This document shows positions 1 through 12,700 of a stretch of DNA of 64,000 bases, piece after piece. The notes below the pieces were generated by a model. It did not search any database and was not told the origin of the DNA. It worked only from the letters and a program-made list of their open reading frames with translations. Each line of letters opens with the position of its first letter. The first letter of the stretch is position 1. The DNA is from Hyphochytrium catenoides (taxonomy: Eukaryota; Protista; Hyphochytriomycota). The stretch lies in contig FLMG01000941.1 of the NCBI GenBank assembly GCA_900088475.1, positions 372,001 through 436,000 of the forward strand. Reading direction: 5' to 3'. Made by a program: the position numbers and the translations under genes.

Positions 1-3000
1 AATCCGCCCACCAGCCATAGGAGAGAAGATTCCAGCAGGAGGAGGAGTGGTGGAAGGAGCTGGAGCGGCAGCGGGCGAGGATGACCATGTCAAGCAGGAG
101 AAGAAGCTCCAGCATATCTTGTCCGGAAAGGCAGAGGTAGCGGACCTCATATTGTCCCCTCTTGCTCTCTGTACCTCCAGGCAGAGGAAAGAGCAAGTCC
201 TGCTTCTTCAAGAGAATATTCGAGCTCTCAAGTCATCATTCAACGCCAAGTTCAAGGACCTGCTTGATGTCAGAAAGCAGAAGTTGGAAGAAATATCCGA
301 GAAGAATCTCCGTCTGCGAGAGATCTGCAATGATCTGGGAACCTGTTCAGATCTAGGGATCTCAGAGATGGTGACTGACGGGGGAGGGTCCAGGCGAGAG
401 AAAGGGACAGAGGAAGAGAGGGAGAGAAACAAGAGAGTAACGGCGGGTAGCCGACTCTTTGTCTTCGGTCCAGGAGAGTTAACCTCAGAGCCTTATGAAT
501 CTGAGGAGAAGAGAAAGAGAAGAGAGATTGAGAGGAGTAAGCATGCGTCTAATGCCCGGGCTGGGGCCACTGAGGGAGACAAGGATCCACTTCACCGGTG
601 AGTCTTTCCCTCTTCTCTGCTGCCCGGTGCAAGCCGAATGCCAACTCTCCCCTGCAGACTCCCAACAGCTCCCTATCCAGTAGCTGAGGGGCTTCTTAGT
701 GCGTTCTTCATCAGCTCCGCCTTCCCAATTATAGCACCTTAATTGCTTTTGATCTTCTCGTGGTAGTGAGTGTCCCCTGCCTGCGTCTTACTTTATCTGT
801 CTCGGCAGGTGTTAGGCCTGACATTGCTCATAAGTCGTCGGTTTGTCTGTCTGATCTCTGTCCCACGTGGACCGTTTTGCCTTCTTCTTTCTCTCCTCTT
901 CTTCATAGTGCCTTGATCACCATGATGGATGGCACCCTTGAAGCAAAGAAGGGCCTTGCCTCTCTTCAAGAGGTCGTAGAGACGCCACAGTGGATGAAAG
1001 AGAAGACGATCGACCAGATGACGGACGACGAAAGGAGAGAGTTCGAAGCGCACAATGTCAAGCTGAAGGCTATCGAGGAGGAGAGAGAGCAGTTGAAAAA
1101 GGTCATGAAGCTGCTCTTTTCCCTCATGGGGCACCGCGTTTCTTGGCATATTCTACACCTTTCCTGTTCGCGCGATTCCTCTACTTGTGCTCCAATGCTC
1201 CGATACGCACTCAGCTAACCAAGTCTCTCGATCATCCCAACCTGTCATCGTGCTCCCGTCTAGACTCTAGAGGCCGAGGCGAAGAAGCTGAAGCAAGAGA
1301 TGCAGGACACAGTCCGCTCGGTGGATAACGCTATCGAACTGTTGAAGGAAGAGAGGTTCAACGTCCAGTACCACGTCCAGCTCCAGGTGAGAGAAGAACG
1401 ATCAACAACTGAACAAATATTTCCGCTTATTCATCTCATTAATGGCGGTCTACCAGGAGTTCTACTGCGCCCGACTAGCTCGAAGTCTGGCAGAGAGAGA
1501 GATAAAGGCAGAGAGCACAGAAAAGCGCAAGGAGAAGAAGAAAGAGCTCCTGGAGAAGCTAAACTTCATAGCAAAGACAAAGACATGGATGCTGGAGACT
1601 TATGAGAGCGCTAACAAGGACCTCCAGGTCAGCTCGAGGGGCTCTTAGGCGTTCCCCATGTAGCCTTATCCCCTGTCTTTTTCTCTTCCTTTGTCTCTTT
1701 GCAGAAGCTCATGTTCTCTCCACTCCTCTCTCTGCGAGACTCCTTGTGCATCTTGGTCTCCGCCGTTGGCTGGCTCTGACCTTTCCTACTGACTCGGCTT
1801 GTCTGACAGAAACTGGTTGAGGAGGATAGAGCTCTAGAGAGGTCCTTCCGGCGAGACCTTCAAGCGGCGAGCAGAGAGCTCCTGGACCAGAGTGCCGTCG
1901 CTATCTTGCACACTCTCTATAAAAGAAGAGAGAGTGAAGATGAGCAAGGAGAGGAAGTCCAGCAGCAGAAGTGGGTACAATCGCCTTGGCACTCATCATC
2001 CCATTCCATCCTCCTCAACATCTGCGTGTCTCCTTCTCTGTTCTCCACCGAGCTTCTCGTCCTATATCCCCGCTTTGTGTTCCCTTCTCTTACTACCGAT
2101 TGCTCGTCATCAGGATAAGAGAGTCCCGAAAGGCGTCTCTGAACTCCTTTGTGAAGTCACTAAGCAAAGAAGAAAGGCCTAACTCCGCTCAGAGCTCTGA
2201 GGTCAGTGACTTGGCTCTTCTGTGTTGCTACACTCGGCGTTCTCTTCCTTTGCCAATGCGCATTCGTTCTCTTTCTCTTTCCTCCTATTTCTCTCTCTTA
2301 TATTCTCCCTCTCTCTTTCCGCTTCCTCTTTCTCTTATCCCTGGTCTATATGTTGGTATATAATCTTTTTCTCTGCCTGCCATTTCCGTCATGCAACAGA
2401 GCCAGATGATGGCGGAGAGAGATATCTTGGGATCCATGCGCCGCTCTTCTAATCTCTATAAACCAGCGTATTTGGACCCCGTCACCAGTCTGCCAGAGGG
2501 ATTCTCGGTAGCAGAGGCTTTCTCTTCGCTCTTTCTGTCTTCTCCTTCTCTGTCATCATCTCTCTCATCCCGCTCATGGGCTCCTTTGTTATCTTTAATG
2601 GCCTGTCTGGTCGTCTTCTTCGTCTCGATTCTGGTCTTGGGTCCTCTCAGCAGCCGTCGCTGCTCTAGCTCTTGAGCTTTCTACACTGCTGACCATTGCC
2701 ACGAATGCTGATCTTTATTTGCCTTTGCTCTGACATCTAGACTCCAATTTACTCATTGGAACGTCCTTGTAGCTTCTCACTCTCTTTGTTTTTGCTTGTC
2801 ATGGGATGGATGCTTTTACCTGTTACGTATCTCATCGCTCCTCGCTGGCTTGCCTAAGGTTGGAGAAGACGTGTGGATTCGCCTCAACGAGCTTCGGCTG
2901 CAAAAGATAAAGAAGGAGAACAAAGTACACAGATTGTCTGTTCGCCTTCAGGAGCTAGGGACCAGATTGAAAGCTCTAGAGACTGTGGAGTCGGACATCT

Positions 3001-4760
3001 ATCGGGAGATGGGAAGAGTGGAGAAGCGAATGGAAGAGGATGAGAGGAACTATCATCTTCTTGAGATGTGAGTGGCAGGAGGAAAGAGAGAGAGACAGAG
3101 AGAGACAGAGAAGAGAGAGAAGAAGAGGAAGGGAGAGAGAGAGGTCTGACGCCGCTTCTTAAATACTTTGGTGCACCTTCACCGTTCGGTGTGAGGGCGT
3201 CTCTGCGTCTGTTTCCACGTCCACACGTGGCTTTCTTTTTCTAGACAGGCTCTTCCCATCATAGTCCCAACAAGTTGTGGCACAGCATCTCTTCTCTCGG
3301 CCGCTGTCACTTCTCAACTACGTCTCGTTCTATACCTGCACTTGCTCACCTCTCTACCTTGATGTCATACATCTCTTGCCTATCTGTTTAGCCTCTCCGC
3401 ATGAGGACGATTGCACTCTTTTTCTCTCACTCTCCATATGTATTTAACTCATCTGCGTGTTTACAACCACATAGAGACTCAACGGTGATTGTGAAGCTCA
3501 CGCAAGGTCAGGAGGAGAGCGCAGGCAGTGAAGCATCTCTCTCCTCGCTGGGTCTCGAGGATTCTGTGCTCTTGCATCGGAACACTATTGAAATGCTTAA
3601 TGAGGGCATAAAGAGCCGTGGTCTAGACAAGGTGGAGAGGAGGCCCCTGCAGATCTTACATCTCTCCTCCTCACCTCTACTACCTTCTTCCCGATGGTTC
3701 TCTCCAGCTATCGCGACTTCAGCTTATCTCACCTGTGCGCTCAGTCTCCAGGGCCACTACGACTAGGAGAAAAACTGACACGTTGCCTTTGAGTCTGCTT
3801 ACCTTCTCACTATCTTCCATCGTCCAAGCCGCGTGCAAGTCTCTCTGATCTCTTTTTTACCGGGCTATAATATTCTTGCTTATAACTCTGGCTCCAACTC
3901 TGCGTTTAGGTTCAGATACTCAAGACAATCAAAGACTTTAGGAAGAGCATCAATGCAATGCTGTGGGAGAACGAACTGCTCCACATGCGAGCGCAGCATT
4001 CTGCAGAGGAATTCGTGGATATACATCTGCTTTGGACTACCAAGAAGCTCCAGCAGCATCTTCTTCAGGAGCAGAAAGAGGATGAAGATGGCGGAAAGAG
4101 AGAGGTTGAAACGAAGAGAAAGGAGGAGAGGCTAAACAAGGAGCGAGAGAAGAATAAGAAGGAAGTCCTGAAAGTGAGGAAAGCACTAGACAAGCTCAAC
4201 GGCGAGATTCAGGACAGACTCCGAGGCAACCAGAAGCTGGAGCAGCAGGTAACGTAGAGCTCTGGGATGGCTTTGCTTCTCTCTCTCCTCGGTTCCTCTA
4301 GGACTTCAGAGTAGCTCGTTACGCTATGCCGTCCCGTCAGCTGCTCAATCATCTACATGCCCCTCGACTGCGAGACTTATTGTCCGTGTTACCTCTTCCG
4401 TTCTTCTCTTCTCTCACGGCTTCCATTTCTCATTCTTCATCTTATGTGCCAACTAACTCTCTTTGCTCGTTCCTCTTCCGTATCTTGCCTATCGCTCTCC
4501 AACATTGTCTCACTCGATCATCCCAGCTGCTGTCCCTTGCGCAGGCGGTAAAGGGGAGGGAAGAAGCTCTGAAGACTCGAAGTCAAGACTCCAAAGACGA
4601 GCGGCAGACGGCTCAAGATAAGCTAAAAGCTATTGCCCAGCGGCGAAGACTTCTGAATGTTGCTCGCTCACAGACGCAGCAGATTGAAGAGCTAAAAGCG
4701 GAGCTAGAGAGAGTCAAGATGAGGAACTTCCCAGACTTTGGGAAAATGGGTTTCCATTAG
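1..4760 (+). CDS. CFAP43: Cilia- and flagella-associated protein 43 (WDR96), 3' part, multi-exon
   Basis: In-frame GT-AG exons: <1-597, 909-1101, 1264-1386, 1457-1627, 1810-1970, 2114-2201, 2400-2507, 2859-3067, 3475-3631, 3910-4248, 4527-4760. Peptides RALITMMDGTLE, LEAEAKKL, EEDRALERSFRRD, VKLTQGQEE and QIEELKAELERVKMRNFP match the CFAP43 coiled-coil C-terminus as I recall it. The 5' end lies outside the window. Confidence 0.85.
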
Positions 4761-5192
4761 GTCCAAACAATGGGAAAGAGAGACGTAGGACAGAGGGAGA
4801 GCGTCAGCTCGATGAAAAGGAAGAAGGACAGAGAAGCCATCTTCTCTGTTGAAAGAAGGGAGATATATCTCTTAAGGATAAATAAAGGCGCTATCGTGTG
4901 TACGGGCAACAGAGAGCTCGGAGAAAGAGAGAGAGACAGAGAGAAAGAAAGAGAGAGACACAGAGAGAGAGAGAGGACGCTGCTCTATCTATCATCTATA
5001 AACACTTCCGGTTCTCTGCCTCTCCTCTTNNNNNNNNNNNNNNNNNNNNNNNNNNNNNNNNNNNTCTCTCCCTTTCTCCCGCCCGCATATTCCTTGTGAT
5101 GGCTCACGAGCTCCACTAAAGGCCAAACAAACAATGGGTCTGATCATATTCCTCTGTCGCTGTCTCACTTCTTCTCTTGTGACCTGTGTTCC

Positions 5193-6576
5193 TTACTCCA
5201 TGGCCCTGTCTGCCACATGGCAGGCTAGGGCAACCCCTTGGAAGTGATACAGATCTGCTTCCCCGCGCTTGACGGGCACATCTACCGGCATTATGTCAGG
5301 GAGAAAGAAGGTGGAGAAAGAGCCTTCTTCATCTCCATGGGCTGTGGGCTCTGAGACTGCTGTCAGAGCTCTATAAAGAGGACAAGGGAACGTTTCCTTC
5401 ATGTCGCTCTCTTTCCTTTCTATCTCAATGCTTTCGGGGCGGAGCATCAGAGGCGGGAAGTCCTAATAGAAAGACTGAGCGTCAGCATCTGAATGGAGCA
5501 CAGAAGGAGGAACTTGACTAGAAGAGAGAGAAGAGAGAAAGTAGAAGAAGAGCGGCGATGAAGAAATGGGAATGAAAGATAGAGAGAGAAGAGGACGAGA
5601 GATAAAGACAACTCTTTCAAGGACCTTTCAAGGTGAGACTAGACCAAAGTGGCCCACGATAGGCTGGGGAAGAAGTCAGACTTACCGAGGAGATTCGTCC
5701 GCCATTGGGAAGCTGGGACAAGACTCCTTTGGCAGGCTCCCATTGAGCGCCACAGAGCTTCAACCCAGTGAGGATGACGTTGTCAGGGTATAGAGAGGAA
5801 AGAGAGGAAGAAGAGGAGACTTCTCCATCCATGACGCGGCTCACGATGTGGATGTTTTCTATGGGAACACGATGCTTCTTGGCATAGTCGCTACTCAGCG
5901 AAGAGAGAAAGAGAGAAGGATTGAAGAGAGAGAGCGGAGAGATCGTCCTCGGCAGCTCGTAAGTAGAATACCAGCGCTCCAGCAGCTCACAGGAGAGATG
6001 CATTTCTGTGAGCCAGAGACGCAGAGTTCTCGCTTCTCCCTTAGACCGAGTGGTGGAAGAGAAAGAAGTTGAAAGGAGCCAGCCCTCCGGTACCCTATTG
6101 GCAAGAAGAGAGAGTCTGTCATCGTCATTCTCTCCTGTCCAGGAGTTCTCTCCCTTAAGCTCGTTCTTCAACGCCGCAAGAGAGTTAGACAGATGACCCA
6201 GCACCTGGTTATAACGTGCGAGCTGCGCTTCGAAGAAAGAGAAGAGGGCCCCGTCTTCTCCTTCATCCTCTTCTTTCTTTCCTGTCCTTCTCTTACTCAT
6301 CTTGAAAGAGGTTGGCGAGCCACCGCCGCCGTCCGCAATAATAACAGGGCGGACGCGGTTCTAAGAAGAGAAAGGAAACCGTGAGGGAACAGACAGATCG
6401 GAGAACAGATGGCTTCCACAGATTTATACGGAGATATGGACTAGGGAACAAAGGAACAAGAAAGGGAGAGACGGCCACAGAGGGAGATCAAGAGAAGCCA
6501 GAGGACGGAATGAGGTGAGATATGGACAGGTAAGAGTCAGAACAAGAGAGAGGATAGACGAGAGAAGAGAGAGAGT

Positions 6577-6608
<32 letters not shown>

Positions 6609-9600
6609 AAAGAGAGAGAGAGAGAGAGGCACAGAGAGAGACAAAGAGAATGCTTAGCAGCCAGATGTATCGTAACCGCCAAGAGAGACAAGGAAAGAAG
6701 AGAGACACTAATAGGAGAAAGAGAGAGGAAAACAGGGAGAGAGAGGGACACTGAAGGGGCGGCAGCAAATGAGAGAAGATGCATGATCAGAAAGATAATA
6801 GGAAAGAAGATAACAGGGAAGCGAGAGACAGGCAGCTGACCTCAATCTCCGTGATTATTGCGGTTAGACGCTTGTTCTCCTCCTGCCACTGCTCTTCCGC
6901 GCTTCTCTCTGCCGGAGAGAAAGAAGGAAGAAGGAACTGCACACTCTTCCTGAGAGCTCGTCGCGTGCGCAGCTTCTTCTCTTCTCGCCGGCGCTTCTTA
7001 ACGAGCTCTCCCTCTGAAAGGAAAGGAAGAGAAGAGAGGAGCACCGAGGAACCCCCACCGGTGCCCGTTCTCTCCCCTAACAAGGAAGAGGAAGCAAGAG
7101 AACGAGGACCTGAAGCAGGAAGATTGAAAGAAATGGCGCTTTTCAGCAGTGTCTCTTCCAACTCTGTCTGTGCCCTCTCTCCATAGATCTGCTGCAGAAG
7201 CATTCCTCGGAGAGTCTCCCAAGGAAATCTCTCTTTGTCTGTCTCTCTATCTCCCTTTCCTCTCCTCAATTCTTCTACGAGATCTAGAGCCATTATAGCC
7301 TCAGCAACTCCTCCGAGCGGCTGTCTCTCCTGCAAGAAGAGAGAGAGAGAGACAACGCCTCTCTTTGCCCTTTCATGAGAAGAAAGAGACTCTGCTTGCC
7401 ATGAAGACGTGTGCTTCTCCTTGTCCTTTCCTCTGCCTCCTCTGCTTCTGGCACGCACTAGACCTTGTGATTGCTCGAGCAGTAAATAGCGTGTATTCTC
7501 TCTCTGTCGCTCCGCAAAGAAGGCGTCGGACGGAGAGAGAAAGAAGACCTTGAAGCCCGTTCCTTCTGTCCTGGCTCCGTTATCTTCTACCTTCTTTTCT
7601 ACTCCTTCCGCATGGCCCTGCTGCTCTTCCCTCCTTGCTCTGGCCATTATCTGCCTCAGCCTTTCCAAGGTCCACTGACTCCGGACGAGTATCCAGTTGC
7701 CTCTTTCTTTTGCCCTCTTAAAGTCCCGCTCGAGGTCTTTCTCTCCTTCTAACGAAGAAGACGAAGGACATAAGGTGACACTTCTTGCGGCACGTTTGGC
7801 CCAGTGCGCCACCACGTTCAGTGGTTCCTCTCCAAGCTGGGATGGAAGGAGAACGACAACGTTAGAACTGTCATTGGGAGCTCTGGGCGGAGGAAGAGAG
7901 AGAGAGCTGCTTGCTCTCGCTATAGTGTCTTCCTCTTCAGCGAGTGAGAGTCCAAAGTCTTCCTCTATCATATAAAGCAGCTCCGCAGCCAGAAGGTCCT
8001 CTCTCAAGCTCTTGAGAACCATCAGCCGCACACCTCGTCCTAGGTTCTCAAGGTATGGAGGCAAGGAGTGAGCATCTCTTCCATCTGCAACAGGAGATGG
8101 TGACGGAGAAGAGAGCCATCCCGTCCAGACGTCCGGGTGAGCCTCCACGTCTCTCACTAGGCCTTCAATCACCTCAACGCCTCCGTCTACCTCTCTTAGC
8201 GCCTCTTCCAGATGATGCCACTTGGAGGCAAGGATAGCTGAAGGAAGGGGAGAGACAGCTGTGCTATCCTGTTTCTCCTTTCCACCCGCTTCGTCCGCTC
8301 TCGTTCGTCCCAAGAGCAGCCAATGCATCTCACCATCTTTGATCTCTTCTGCCTCTGCAAGATGCAAGAGAGCAACGGCAAGCAACAGGGAGAGTCTCTT
8401 CTCTTCCGTCAGGCCTGTGCTTGCCTCTCTATAGACATCTCTGAATATCTCTTTCCTCAGCCTCCGGACAGACTCCGTGGCTGCGGGCGCACTGTCATGG
8501 CCAGTAGCGTCTTTCTCGGGCATGGAATACCCATTACCGGCCATATGAGCACCCGGATTGGCCTTAGGGATGGCGCTAGCAGCTCTGGCTAGGGCAACGG
8601 CCACGCCCTCGGCCGGCCAGTGATATGCTGAGTCAGACAGAGAGAGGCAAGAAACCGCGCGGAAGAGAAGAGAGATAGCAGTTGCCACCGGGAGATAGTG
8701 CTCTCTCATCTTTAAAAGCTCTGAGAGAGCTTCCTGCCGCTCTGTCAATCGTTGGACGACCGGACCTCGAGAGTGCTGAGGGACGGAACAAGAAGTGAGA
8801 CTACCAGGCAAAGTAAGACAAAAGACAGACAATCAGAGAAGAGAAGCGTGGAGAACAAACAAAGGATGATCGTCGATGCCCGTCCAGCGAGAGCTGACGC
8901 AAGTCTTCTTCTCTCATCCCCATTGTCTCTTAGAAAACCAGGCGGCCTCCTAGCGTCCTCTAGGCAGTGGCAGGCAAAGAGAGAACAGGAGCAGTCGGAG
9001 CGACCACCATAGACAGAAGTCTCTAAGAGTCTTACCTTTATCTCTGACACGCGGATTAACAGCTCATCTGAGTCCAGAACTGTCCCACCGGCCGTGCTGA
9101 GCATCTCAAGCAGCTCTTTCTCTCCATTCTCCAGCCGAGAGGATTCTGCATGGACCTGAAACCTCGCTCCAGCCATTTGCTCCTCGACGTCTGGTTCACA
9201 CACGCGAAGGAGAAGCGAGAGAGATCTCTCTTTCATGCTGGTGACAGAGAGAGCGAAGCTGATGGCCGTAGTATGTCGTCGGAGAAGAGGAGCCAGGGGC
9301 GGATCATGGCGATGTGAGATCAAGAAGAGCTTGAAGGCCGGATCATACTCGATCTCCGCGTCACCAAGCTTCAGAACACTGCGTCCAGCCTGAGGTTGTC
9401 CGCAGGAGATAAAGAGCAGGCATTGGGAAGGAGAGAGAAGAGACAAAGAAGAGATTAACTAGGGTCAGCCATCGGGCCGGGCAAGAGAATAGAGAGAATA
9501 GGTTTAGACTCCACACGATAGACAAGAAGACGAATGACGGTTCTGACAAGCTGAAAGATGAGGGAAAGACGACAAGGGAGAGCTGACGATGAAGAGAAGA

Positions 9601-9680
9601 GAAAGGTAAAGAGGGAAAGAGCGAGGATGGTGGGGGGGAGAGAGAGAGAGAGAGAAAAAGAGAGAGGGAGAGAAAGAGAA

Positions 9681-9712
<32 letters not shown>

Positions 9713-12700
9713 GAGGTAGGAGGAAGATAGAAAAAACACAGAGAGAGAAAAGGAAGAGAAAAAAAAGAGAGAGACAACAGAGAGACAGGGAGACTCCGTT
9801 GAGATAGGGAGCAGATGCCGAAGACCAGAGCCAAGGAAAGACAGAGAGAGGAGCGAGAGACAGCGGAGAAGTAGAGCGAGAAAGGGAACTTGAAGACGTC
9901 AAAGCGAACCATTCCCTAAGGACATTCTCTCTGCTGCCGAGCTCTTTCATTACCTTTCTCTTCAAGAGAGACTTCCGCATCAGAGGTTCGAGGATGGGAT
10001 CGAGCTCTTCAGGCACATTGTCAATGACTAAGACCTTCCCAGTCTTCACTGACTGCTCCACAGCTTTCATCAGCTCCTCACGTTCTGCCCCATGGTCCAC
10101 ACAGTCAACAGCGCCGCTTCCTGTGGGCTGCAAGGCTGTCACCCATTGCAAGGCTTGGTCATGAGGATCCAGCAGGAGAGGCCACTTGGATGACGAGGAA
10201 GAGAGACGATGTAGACAGAGCACTTCGACAGAGATCTCATCAGCAGCAGAGCCGTTCCTCTCCCAGCTTTTCACTATCTCTCTATCTTCCGGAGAGAGAA
10301 GGAAGAGACAGCTCCCTTCCGCTTCTGAGGAATAGGGAACGTCTTGCTCCTTCAGACTTTGAATCCATCCTTGAAGGAGAAGCCGCCGTCTCTCGTGTGG
10401 AAGAGAGGCAGAGAGAGACACAAGGGAAGCGGCAAGAAGAGAGTCTCCCACTGTGGCGTGTTGCCCAGCTGTGAGAGCCTTTGCGCTAGTTTCCCAGGTC
10501 GCCAGATCGTCCTGAAGGAGTTCTACCAGGGCTTTGGCTCGCTTTAGCTTCATGCCTCCCTCGCCTATGGCCATCCGCATGCTTTCAATGGCCCTCTCTC
10601 CCTCTTGATGTCTCTCTCTCAACGACTCTATGCGGACTTCTAAGGCACTAACCTGCGACCTTCGCTTGTTCAACTCTTTCTTTGCCCCTTCGTGCTCACT
10701 CAGAAGCTTTTGCAGCCGCATTCCTTGTGGCATCTTCCCCAAGCGGGCAGAGACGTACTTATGAGCAGTCTGGAGCCAGAGGAAGATTGGAAGCGCGGCA
10801 GAAGAGACACCTTGGACGCTATCGAGCGAGAGGTCTTTCTGACTGAGTATGGCCGTCACGCGGTTGATTGTGACAGCATCTAGCGTCTTGGCAGACGCTC
10901 CGGTCGGCGTCTTTGACGATAGAAGAACAGAAGCCTCACCGGCAGCATGAGAGGAAGAAGATTCAGACTGCCGAGCGCCAGCAAAGGCTCTGAGAGAGGC
11001 GACAAACGCATCTGGACGGCTCAGCATCTCCTTTGCTCCCTCCCAGTCAGACCAGGGCGAGTGCTGGAGAAGGATGCGAATAGCTTCTATCAGCAGCTTG
11101 AGAGAGAGAGGCGGCGGATCGTGAGCTGCGCCCAACTCTATCACATCTGCAGGAGACAGAGACTCTATCTTCTGCACTGCGGCTTCCAAGGAGGGAAGAA
11201 CGCTGTCTGCTTCCAGCTTTGCGTCTTTCTCTGCGACCTCAATCCTCTTGACATCTCCAGCTAAGATTGCCTCTTGCACAGCTACCTCTTCCTTGGCTCT
11301 GGAGAGTTGTCTCTCAACTTCCCCCACTGTCTCTTGAGCTTTTCTCATTGTCTGTTCCTCGTCCGCTATTGCTCTCTGGAAGCCGTCCAGCTCCTCTTGA
11401 AGGCCACGGACCCGCTCTGCAGCTCTCTGCAGCGTAGCGATGGCTCTCTTGACAAGGTTGAGACGCTCATCGACAGCCGTCCTTCTGTTGGACAGAATGC
11501 TAGCGACTGAAGACAAAAGCTCTATGAAAGTGGCGGGAGAGACGTGTGAGAGGGAGAGATCTCCTCTCTCTCCGGGTCGCTTTCTCCTGAATAAGTGCTG
11601 TTGCACGGCTTCTTCCCTGGCTCTTTGATAGATTCTCTGGCAGGTGATGGCCAGACAGCGCCTTATCTCTTCACAGGGAAGATCTAAGTCTTGAAGGTAC
11701 TTCTCTGCTACCGCCTGCACGGCCTGAGAGCTCCAGCCTGGGAACCAGAGGACGGAACCAGTCCTTTCAAGCCACGGCAACTCAGTGGGGAGAGACGCCC
11801 ACTGATCGTCTCTCTTTCTCTTATTTGTCTTCTCTCCATCGCTGTTTCCTGCCTCTTCTGCTGTGGCCAATACGACGCTTCTAACGTCCACAGAGACCGT
11901 GAGAGCGATGTGCAGTCTTTCTTGCAGTCTTCTGCAGAACAGACGCTCTGTCTGTGCCCGCGGCTCCGCTTGATGCCCTTCGTGCTGCACATTGCCCATC
12001 TCCGCTAATATCTCTTCTGCTTCTTCCCCAGAGAACAAGCCTCCGTAGATATCTCTAGAAGAGATTAGACGGTGGAGAACAGCTCTACGCGCTCTGTATT
12101 CCTCCTCCAAGCCGATCGTAGGAACAATGACAAGCGCCTCAATGCCTCGGCTCCCTACTAGCCGTGCGGCATGCTTCAAATGAGAGGAAAAGAGAGACAG
12201 AGAGTCGCAGTCTGAGAGGTCAAAGACTACCTGACCCTCTATGAGCCCAGCAAGACGAGCTGCAGTGCGCTTCCCACTGGATGATGGCCCAAGGAGAAGA
12301 ACATGGGCGCCTGGCTGGCGCAGGAGGCGCATGAGGCCCAGGATCTGAGGCACAGTCTCTGGCAAGAAGAGATAGTCTAGCGGCTGAGCGGTAGGGAGAA
12401 GGGACGATAGACTCGAGGAAGAAGCAGGTGGAGGAGCAGATAAAGAAGCAGCTGAAGAGCTCGTGGCGAGAGCTGCGCAATAGTTATTATACTGTGCGAG
12501 CACTGCCTGCAGTGCCGTGCAGACCTTTGGCAAAGAGCTAAGAGCCACATACTCTCGCCCGTTCTTCCCCTGGCCTATCATCCCTCCTCCAGTCCCAGGC
12601 GTCTGCCAGCTCACAGGGACAGCTCCATACGGAACTGGCTGTGCATCTCCCTCCAGGTGAGGAGAGTTGAGCAGCTGGAACTCTGTCCTTCGAGCTCGCA

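Noticed and set aside
6424-6784. Many LSLSL or RERER ORFs here and at 9361-9912, 31998-32615, 35909-36607, 51461-51913
   Set aside because: Translations of CT/GA microsatellite in introns or leaders.
5617-9446. ORFs 5617-6300, 6787-8832 and 8745-9446 as separate genes or pseudogene fragments
   Set aside because: They splice in phase via GT-AG sites into the dynein C-terminus.
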